Below are positions 53,549-64,000 of a stretch of 64,000 bases of DNA, piece by piece. The first letter of the stretch is position 1. Every line of letters begins with the position of its first letter. Source of the DNA: Chrysomallon squamiferum (taxonomy: Eukaryota; Animalia; Mollusca); the NCBI GenBank assembly GCA_012295275.1, contig CM022676.1, forward strand, positions 3,906,001-3,970,000, read 5' to 3'. The notes under the pieces were generated by a model. That model was not told where the DNA came from. It saw only the letters and a list, made by a program, of their open reading frames with translations, and ran no database searches. The translations under genes and the position numbers were made by a program.

Positions 53549-54244
53549 AGAAATAATGTGAAAAATTTGATTTGATGTTTTTTTGTTTCCTTTGGTTTTA
53601 TAATTTTTTTCAAAGACAGTAATATATGCAGTTTAACAATATATTAGTATTTTTTTAAATTTTTTATAATACCCCACTTTTTGAAAATCATATATATATA
53701 TATATAAACTTTAAAATAAAAAAATTATAAAAAGCAAAAACAAAACAACAAAATAAATATTTATTATCATTCTTCAATTTTCATGTTCTAGACATGTTTT
53801 AATTATTAGTTGTAGTAGTATTAGTATTATTATTACTCCTGCTACTACTGCTACTACTACTACTACCACTACTACTACTATTACTACTACCTCTATTATT
53901 AGGAGTATTACTAATACTACTACTACTACTAACCTTATTCTTGTTATAGCACTACTATTACTAACCTCATTATTATACTACTTCTTCTACTACTACTACA
54001 AGTACTACTTATTATTATTTATGCCGTTATTGTTATACTATTGTTTTTGATTGATTGCTTGAACGATGGAATATACGTAAGAATAAGAATTAGAACAATA
54101 CATATTGTAAACGTTTAAGAAGTTCTTTTATGAACATTATTTCCTAATGAGCTAACATCTGAATTTGATAACCATGGCAACTCCTTGGTCAGAGAAAAAC
54201 TTCGTAACAACATCATTGCTTTATTAACTGCCTTGTTTGCTTTA

Positions 54245-54306
<62 letters not shown>

Positions 54307-54472
54307 ACAAATGAATAAATAAGACTCAAGAGTTATTTTAAATATATTTAAGGTTAATGTCATGTGAATTATTCAGTAAAGTTCTTATTGTTAATACTTT
54401 AAATCGTCTTCCTAAACTGGCTGCCATCGATGTCATTATTCACCAATAAAAATATAGTTGATGTTTGCTTTT

Positions 54473-54507
<35 letters not shown>

Positions 54508-54772
54508 TTATTGTTGCTATTGTTCTTCCCCTTGTCCTTCAACAATTCGAATAATTTTGTCAAATAAAACCTATCAAAGTATTCCCAGTATGCCGGATTA
54601 TCCCGAGCAGGTACGAATGTTCCGATTTTCCTTATTCTCGTTACACCTTCTATTAAAGATTGACAAAAGGTGGCGCTGCAATCGAGTCACGTTTGGCTAT
54701 GTCTGCTTGACAGCGGTCTTCGCTAAAACTTTAAAACTTCTTCTGTATCGGATTTGTTGACTGATTTTCACA

Positions 54773-55164
54773 ATGCCACTGGTGCCAGGGGTTTGCGGAC
54801 CTCCAGATCCCAGTAAGTACAAACGATATAACAAAATTAGTTTCGAATAAACGACATATTGATAGATAAAATCCTCAAACCTAAAAAAAAAAAAAAAAAA
54901 AAAAAAATGCAGTTTTACACGTTTTCATGTTTCATTGTTTGTATTAACAAATATTTTCTTCTTACTTTTTAATATTCAGAATACATAACTGTAGAAATAA
55001 CATACATTTTTTTTTTCATCACAGGTAGTAATATTCATTTATTATTTATTAAGATTAGTGTATAATAAAACCAGGAAGTAACATCCACCAATGAATATTC
55101 GTCTTTTCTGTTAGTGTTTGTTCACAATGTTAGTGACACATGACGTACGTACATATTAATAGAT

Positions 55165-55199
<35 letters not shown>

Positions 55200-56286
55200 A
55201 TCACGACAGTCAAAACATTAAGAAAACAATCTGCAAATATTTAATACATTTCCAAGTAAGGTGTTTAAAGTGTATTTATATAATATTTAATATATTTTGA
55301 CTCATTTAAATTGGAAGTGTATTAAATTTCAGGACTGGGGAAAAAAAGGGTGTTATATCACCTGTACATGTACAACATTTTATTGCTTGTTCATTTCTCT
55401 TCAAAAATCTACTGTGTGTATTTCATATAACTGAATCAGAATTGAGGTAAGAAGTGAGAAAAAACCCCACAAACTACCATGTACTTAATGTTTAAATTTA
55501 TTTTTACGAAAATTCCTTGGGTTCCAAAGTGTCCAAATATCCCTTCAAATTTGAGAAGTTCTCCTTTTATTTAGAATTTTTAGGGCTTTTTTTTACAAAT
55601 TTATTTATTTATTTAAATTTATTTTTATCAATGTATAGAACACTGAAGAATATGTCTGCCAGTGTCCTTGTTGTAGCAGCTATTATATTATTGTCCATGT
55701 TAAGTGTGTGTAATTTTTCAGTAGTGCCTTTTCATAGTGTAATGGTGCCTTTTTTGTCACAGATAAGCTGGATCTGCCCCAGTGAATATAAAAAAAAATG
55801 TGAAAATATTTGTTAAAATATAAATGAAAAAGTAGGTTATGCATATTGAACAATTAAAAAAAAAAAAATAAAAAAAAAAAAATTTGCTAATATATACATG
55901 AAAGAGTAGAAATTCATTGTATCTGAACCATAATGAATAATAAACATTTGTTTAATATCTAAGGGAAAAAAGAAAATTAGTACTAGATATATGTATACAA
56001 GTCATAAAAATATTTGTTAAAGTCTACATGAAAAATATACATTATAACTGAATTAATGTAAACTGAATACAAAAATAAAAAAATAAAAATAAAAATATCA
56101 TCTACTTAATATCATTAATTCCTATTTGTTGGTTGTTTATTGCTTCTTCTTTTATTTTTGACACACTTTAAAGTTTTCTTTATTCCAGGTTATAACTGTA
56201 TATTTATAAACCTTTTTATTATTATTATTATTTTTTTTTTTATTACTATTATTTTCTTTTTACTTATCACAGATGACTGTACTTTG

Positions 56287-56335
<49 letters not shown>

Positions 56336-59300
56336 TTTTTTTTTTTGGAGGTGAGGCAAACAGTCATTGTTAAAAATAACTCTTCAAACAGTTTGAACTG
56401 TACCATTTTAACTGCCTGAAATTGTCAACTCACCACATATACAGCAATTTTATATATGATGGGTGGGGTGAGTTCACTGACAGAAACTTTAAACCTGTGA
56501 ATGAGTCTAGCACACCGTGAAGCTACAGCTGTTGAATCATGGGACTATTACAATGGTGGGGAGAAAGATTATTTTCAGCTGTACTCCTATGCTGTTTTTA
56601 TTTCATTATTTGTCTGCAGAGAGAAATGAGTAACACATATATGCTGGAAGAATGCAGAATATGTTTAGATTTTTTTTCCTACATAAAAGTCCTTGGGAAC
56701 ATGCTTAAACAAATAATGATTAATTGATTTATTGTTCAAAAGTCACACACAACAGAAATAAATAATAAAATGACAGACGACATCTCAGCCTACACACAAT
56801 AGATGTTTCACTGACGTTCATGATAAACTACGAAGTCGTATTTCAATTTCATGAAATTCTGATCATTTATTCACTGAATTCATCTACATCATTGGTCTCC
56901 AAAGTGGTCTATATTGACCTAGAGGGGTCAATGGGACTATTCAAGAGGTAATACCTGTTTTTGCATAAACGAACTGACTTAAAATGTTTTTCACTCCGTT
57001 TTTTTATTATTATTTTTTTTATAAATAACTTGATAAACATAATGACTGTATTATTCATCATTATTCATCCACTGTAGCCTCGTAACATTTTTGAAACATT
57101 TTTGGGTGGTTAGCTTTAGCTTTATTTTCAAGTACGCAGAGAAAATCTGAGTACTAGCAACAACGCTAAACTGAGTATCCCAGCTCATCATTTTGTGTCT
57201 GACCACTGCAACCAGCCAACCAGTGCACACTCAACACTTGCATCTACCAGAGTCTTATCAGTGAACTTACAGCTGTGCACTTACTGTTAGAATGTTTCTA
57301 GTAAGCACAATGGCTTGTCACTAATGCCACGAAGAAGCACAGTTCAGTGTTTGCAGGAGTATTTGAAATTTTAATTCATGCTTTTTGTTTAGTAATGAAA
57401 CTTGGTCCGTGTGTTTGTTAAAAAAAAAAAAAAAAAAAAAAAGATCTCCAGTAATGATGTCATGAAACCGGTCAAGGTGAAGCACCTGCTTAATGTAACC
57501 TGGAAACAGCACATCTAGTTAATTGTTCGTGGGGGGGTCAATAGTCTAAAAAACAAAACAAAAAAAAATTCAGACCCATTGTTGTTTGTTCATTGTCTTG
57601 TTTTCTTTGTAAGATTTCTTCTTCTTCTTCTTCTTCTTCTTCTTCTTCTTCTTCTTTCTACATGCATTTATTTAACTATTAATGTTAAAATATTTTCATT
57701 TGTTGTTAAATATCCACTTTTTCATGTATCCATTATTTATATTAGTGCTACTGTTATTGTTGTTGTCGTTAGTATTAATTATCTTTATTTTTTATATTTT
57801 TTTAACTTTTATTCTATTTTTTAATTCTAATTATTTTTATTTTTTATTTTTTTTTATATTATTTTTATTTATTTATTTATTTTATTATTATTTTATTTTT
57901 CATGTATTTTTTTTTTTGCTGCCTTCCACATAGAAGAGGATATGGGCACCAGTGATGAAATTGTTGAAAATCAGGAGTGTTTAAAGAAAGAAACCTTGAA
58001 ATTAATTAGTGAACAAGATCCTCAATCAGATGAAAATACCACTTTTGATGACAGCATAAATAAAGGTGATTCAGGATTCACAGAAATTGATTTCATACCT
58101 GAAACCAGTTCTACATCTGACCTTGTTGCCGTCGAAAACAGTTTCAAAATTGACAAAGCTAGTTCAACATCCACTGAAGTTTCTGCTGAAACTGGTTTTG
58201 GAAGTTATGAAACTACACGATGTGGGGAATCCTGCTCAGGACGCTGTTCAAAACTTGGTACTAATTCTTCCATACCCAGGTCACGATCTGAAACCAGCTA
58301 TTCTGGAACCAGTAACCGATACGATGTAAACGCTTCCGAGAAAACTTCATCTCCTGACATAAATTCTACAAAATCTGCTTCAGTCACTAAGATGTGCCCA
58401 CGTGACCGAGCAGTTGAAAATGAAGAAAAAAACACAGGCACGTGCAGTGGAAAATCACAAATTGATAACCGTAAGACAATCTGCAGCATCCCAGAACTGA
58501 GAAGTAAAATTGCATCAAAAACTAAAGATTTAGTAACAAATCTGGAGAACCAGCTGTCAGAGATTCATTTAGAGGTGAGATTTTTTATAAATTTATTTGG
58601 AATATGAAGACAAGATTTTATTATTATTATTATTATTATTCTGTATTTTCCACCTCTACAACTACAGCTATAATTTCTATGTTTATTACTTCAACAAGTA
58701 CTTCTATAATTACTACAACTACTTCTATACTTACTGCTTTCTGCAGCACATATAATTACTACTTCCAGAATATTTCTATAATTACTGCTTGTACAACAAC
58801 TGCTCCTACAATTATAATTACTACTTCTAAAAGTATTTCTATAATTCCTGTTTCCATATCAACATTTATAATTACAACTTGTACAAGTACTTCTATAATT
58901 ACTGTTTCTACAATTACTAATATTTTGGTTACTTCTATGGTTATAATTACTACTTGTACAAGTACTTCTATAATTACTGTTTCTACAATTACTAATATTT
59001 CGGTTACTCTACAGTTACTACCTTAATTACTTCCTTCTTTTACTTGTTACTGTTTCAGACATTCAGTTGATATTATTTTTTTTTAAAAATGTGTCACTGT
59101 CACTTTTATTTTTACCATATAACTAATGCTTTCACCACTACCACTGCTTGCCAACCACAACTACCACCACCACCACAACTACAGACAACTACTACTTTTA
59201 TAATGTCATTACAGCGTGGTTATAGTAAAAAGAAGCCAAGAGAAATCGATGAAGATGAGGTTGATGGTTTATTTCATTATCTGGGAGCTCCCAACACCAT

Positions 59301-61540
59301 CCCAGCATCGCTGATGTTGTCAGTGCCGCAGCCAATTTTTACACCACCACCATCGTCCAGTATTCAGTTTCCTCCGCAGACAGGGAATTATCAAATGCAC
59401 GAACACCAGCCAGATGCACCTGCTGGACAAATGTTTGGTCAGATGTATGGACGTACGAATCATGTAAACAGACCTCCACCAAGTCACGATTATCGAGATC
59501 CAACCTTACCTGACCTTGGGCAATTATTCGATGATTCTGATGATTTGGCTGAGGATGGCGAGATACCTGCACCAGGAGTAGTGCAGTATTTGTTTCCCAC
59601 ATCTAATCCAATACAACTACAGTTAACTGGTGGTAATGGTTTGGGGTGCGGTGGAGCAGCACTGCCTCATGGGATACAGGCTAAAAGGAGGCTGCTTCAA
59701 AGTGAACCACAAAACAAAAAGATGCGAACAGAACAGGAAAATGGTGTACAGACGAAGTTACTGGATACAACAAAATGCGGTACAGATGGATGAGAGAGTA
59801 CAACAGAATGCAGTGGACAGATGTCACAGGATACAAGAAAATGGAATACAAGTGGATCACAGGATGCAACAGAATGCAATACAGATGGATGAGAAGGTAC
59901 AGCAGATAGGACACCCCAAGATACAAACTGGGATACAAGTGGATCACAGCATACAACAAAATGGGATACAAGTGGATCACAGCATACAACAAAATGGGAT
60001 ACAAGTGGATCACAGCATACAACAAAATGGGATACAAGTGGATCACAGCATACAACAAAATGGGATACAAGTGGTTCACAGCATACAACAAAATGGGATA
60101 CAAGTGGATCACAGCATACAACAAAATGGGATACAAGTGGATCACAGCATACAACAAAATGGGATACAAGTGGATCACAGCATACAACAAAATGGAGATG
60201 ACTGGAATGATGAACATGTGAAGAATGACAAGGATGATGATGGAGAAACGTATGTATGAAAAAATAATAATAATAATAATAAATAATAATAATAATAATA
60301 ATAATAAAGTGAACGTATATTATAGATGTGTTTAATTTAGTAATATTATCATTATTATTACTGTTAATTTTATTTTTTTATACTTTGGGAAATCATCACC
60401 TTTTTATTTGATTTAATTAAATAACAGTGATTCTTAATGAACCAGGAATTTAGTTATAAACACAGTTTTTATACTTATATTCAACATGATGTTGTAGTTA
60501 CTGCTTTTCTCATTATTATTATTATTGCTATTACCATTGTTACCATCATCATCATCATCATCATTATTTCTTTTATTACTACTGTTATTGTCCTAGCTGT
60601 TGTTGTCTCTGTAAATAAAATATTATAATATTTGCCAAAACAATTTTCAGGATTTTTCATCACATTCTGGCTTCTGGAGATGATGAGTTTGAGAGCATTT
60701 TTAATGATATTGTTCATAGCCTTGGTGATAACATTCATCATATGATCAACATACAAAAAAGGTGGAGCCAGGTATATTAAGTTTTGTTCTGTTTTATTAT
60801 TATTACTATAATTCTTTTGTTTTAAATTTAACATTTTTTAATTATTATTATTATTATTATTTTTTATTATTATTATTATTATTATTATTTTTTTTTTTTT
60901 TTTTTTTTTTTTTTATCATTTTATGCATTAAAATAATAATTAAATTTCATAAAAACATTTGGTACATTTGTTTTTTTTTTTTAAATTACATACACCTTAA
61001 CACCACATATTACAATCCAAATTTTTAAATATTATTCTGTTACTTATAATTATTTTTGTTACCTACAATTAAAGACATCTTCTTTAAAATACATTTATAC
61101 TGCATTTTGTTGAATTAAGAAAACACCTGTTTTATTTTTTGAAAAAAAAGTAATAGTTGAAGTAGTAGCAGTAGTAATAGTGGTAGTAGTAGAAGTACAA
61201 TTATATTATTATCACTACTACTACTACTACTGTTATTTTATATACAGAAACTTCTACTGCTTCACAGAAACAGAAGACAATCTTTTTTTTTTTTTTCTTT
61301 TTTTTTTAATGTTTTTTAAACAATCTAATTTTTTTTTTTTTTAATTATATTTATTATATTTATACTGTTATTGCTGTTGTTGTTGTTGTTGTTGTTGTTG
61401 ATGTTGCTGTTTCAATTACAGACACCATTATATTGCTCAGTTGAATTGGGAAAACATCGAGCTGCTGAAATGTATCTAAGATTTGGAGCCAACCCCAACA
61501 TACAGGGTTCTCAGGTACTCCGATAAATAAATAAATAAAA

Positions 61541-61571
<31 letters not shown>

Positions 61572-61594
61572 GTAAATAAGTAAGTAAGTAAGTA

Positions 61595-61630
<36 letters not shown>

Positions 61631-62199
61631 AAAAAAAAGTTTTATTTGATCAGCATTTTTAATCTGTCGATACATTTGTCTGAGACATGAAAGGTTACTC
61701 TTTTTCACTGAGCAGTAAAGATTATTTTGTTACCACCTTCTCATGGACATGGGAAAACACACACACACACACACACACACCCACACCCACACCCACACCC
61801 ACACCCACAGGGTTGTGTTGTTATGTTCATAACATATGACTGTGGCGATAAAAAAAAAAAAAACAACTTTTCAATGGGTTACTCTCTTTTCTATTATCTT
61901 ATTATTATTAATCTTATGATTATTATTATTATTATTAATGTTATGATTGTTATTATTATTATCATTATTATTATTATTAATGTTACTGCCATTAATATTA
62001 ATTATACAAATACCGCTGCTGCTACAACTACATTAACCACTACTACTACTACTATTACTACTATTATTATGTCTAGTATGACCACTACTACTACTACTAC
62101 TACTATTAATTATTATTAATACAACTACTACTAATACTAATATTATTATTATTATTAATTGTTACTAGTACAATTACTATATTTACTACTACTACCACC

Positions 62200-62230
<31 letters not shown>

Positions 62231-62988
62231 TTATTAATAATTGTTAGTAATACAACATTATTTACTACCATTACTATTACTACTACTACAGCAATTCAGT
62301 GTTACTATTAATAATTAGAAATACCACTACTACTATTTTTTTTTCTTTAACTACCATTGTTGTTACTATTATTATTATTATTAGTAGTATTATTATTAGT
62401 ATTATTATTATCATCATCATCATCATCGTCATAATCATCATCATCATCATCATCGTCATCACCATTAATATTTATTTTCCTCTATTACTTTTAATCTGTT
62501 TTTGTTCTTTCTTTCTTTCTTTCTTTCTTTATTTATTTATTTATTTATTTAATTTATTTAATTTATTTATTTTTTTCTTAGTTTTCAATTTTTTTTTTTC
62601 AGTTTGACTCGGACACAAAAGGGTTCATCATGCAGGGACCAATCCACAAAGCAGTTGACATGGGAGATGTTCGCATGGTGGAAACACTGTTAAACTCGCC
62701 TGCACTCGATGTTAATGCCAAGAGAGTTTCAGACAGTAAGTGGTTTCCATTTTTTTTTTTTTTTTTTGAACAAAAATACTTGTTTGTCACACCTAGCAAC
62801 CATTAGAGCTGCTCTTTCTTCCACAGTCACATGCATAGCTCTGTGTTGTGGATATCATTTTAATTTGAATGAAATTATAAAACTGACATTTTTATACTTT
62901 TTAAGTATTATTATTATTTTTTTAATTTTTTTAATTTTTTCTGTTATGTAGAAAAACGCCTTGATTAAGAAGGTCTTTATTCACTTTA

Positions 62989-63082
<94 letters not shown>

Positions 63083-63493
63083 AAGACCTTCTTAATGAAG
63101 GTATTTTTCTACATAATAGAAAATAATAATAATAATAATAGTAGTAATAATAATAATAATAAAAATAAAAATAAAAATAAAAATAAAAATAAAAATAAAA
63201 ATAAAAATAAAAATAAAAATAAAAATAAAAATAAAAATAATAATAATAATAATAATAAAGTGTATATATATATTTACAAACACACAGAGCTATATTTTTA
63301 TTTTAACAAAATGTTGAACATTCTTCTTTTTTTTTTCTTCTTCTTCTTCTTCACTTTCTGTTATAAAGGAAAAACTGCACTAATGGTGGCTTTGCAGAAA
63401 CACATTCGTGGATGTCCATGGAGTGACAGGACACAAATAGTGCACCTCTTGGTTGACAGGATGATTGAATCAGGAACTGATTTTTCAGAAGTG
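54773..63493 (+). CDS. IkB-like ankyrin-repeat protein with a long disordered N-terminus and GIQVD repeat array; 5' part, continues off the right edge
   Basis: Exons 54773-54812, 57934-58574, 59215-60249, 60651-60771, 61422-61514, 62603-62735, 63369-63493; GT-AG with consistent phases 1,0,2,0,0,1,0 given one extra base near 59755. Ankyrin repeats DDDGETIFHHIL, INIQKRWSQTPLYCSVELG...FGANPNIQ, GPIHKAVDMGDVRMVETLL...DVNAKR, KTALMVAL. Ankyrin call is confident; IkB-family assignment is inference. Confidence 0.85.
59731..60195 (+). repeat. Coding 33-bp minisatellite (CAACAAAATGGGATACAAGTGGATCACAGCATA = QQNGIQVDHSI)
   Basis: Eight near-perfect units at about 59930-60195, preceded by about 6 diverged units. 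Confidence 0.95.
62994..63082. repeat. Compound (CT)n(AT)n microsatellite
   Basis: Direct reading. Confidence 0.95.
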
Positions 63494-63598
63494 GTAAGGA
63501 AACTTTCCTTTATTTTTTTTTCTTCAGAATTACACAGCATTCTGCAGGTAGAAGATCTATAAATGATCTATAGGTTTACTGTCTCTTATAATTTTGGT

Positions 63599-63633
<35 letters not shown>

Positions 63634-63804
63634 TTTGTTCTTTCTTTCTTTTCACTTTTGTATCTAGGACACATGAACACGTGTGAACATGTACACACAG
63701 AAATGTCTGCATACATTATTGTGTTCGTTTATTACATTTATATTTATTATATTATATTATATTATATTATATTATATTATATTATATTATATTATATTAT
63801 ATTA

Positions 63805-63843
<39 letters not shown>

Positions 63844-64000
63844 CATTATTATTATTATTATTATCATCATTATTATTATCATCATCACAATCATTATTAT
63901 TATCATTAATGCTACTATAAGTTACTAATTTGACATCTGTTACTACTTTTACCATAAACCACTAAATTTTCAATGCACATAGCTGCACATTCAGACACAC

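Noticed and set aside
54575-54632. kB-like sites in the ankyrin gene promoter (GGATTATCCC, CCGATTTTCC)
   Set aside because: Each mismatches the GGGRNWYYCC consensus; too weak to call
59600-59650. RHIM-like reading of PIQLQLTGGNG or of the IQV repeats
   Set aside because: Lacks the (I/V)Q(I/V/L)G core; the repeats read IQVD, which fits LC8 better
59681-60221. Alternative-frame repeat ORFs (AVIHLYPILLY on minus, MGYKWITAYNK on plus)
   Set aside because: By-products of a stop-free 33-bp unit; only the QQNGIQVDHSI frame splices in phase to the ankyrin exons

Overview
AT-rich, microsatellite-dense animal DNA with spliceosomal introns. It is probably molluscan (gastropod-like), which I infer from gene content and a SINE-like remnant. 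From left to right: (1) the 5' part of a minus-strand secreted PAN/apple + fibrinogen-domain gene; (2) a decayed Tigger/pogo transposase fragment; (3) an intact single-coding-exon RING-Bbox-Bbox-coiled-coil-NHL TRIM gene (TRIM-A); (4) a tandem array of five intronless TRIM-B copies at 4.4-4.9 kb spacing, with near-identical RBCC halves and swapped or truncated C-termini, of which only copy 2 reads intact; (5) a 9-coding-exon PKNOX/Prep TALE homeobox gene; (6) the 5' part of an IkB-like ankyrin-repeat gene. Most notable: the ankyrin protein carries a 33-bp minisatellite encoding eight exact GIQVD (dynein light chain LC8-binding) motifs, next to a DSG-type degron and a bipartite NLS. Four of the five TRIM-B copies have a perfect kB site just before the ATG, so the window may hold a linked NF-kB-related immune module. 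A 1-nt homopolymer frameshift in the conserved PKNOX gene indicates residual assembly indels, so single-base frameshifts elsewhere need read-level checking.
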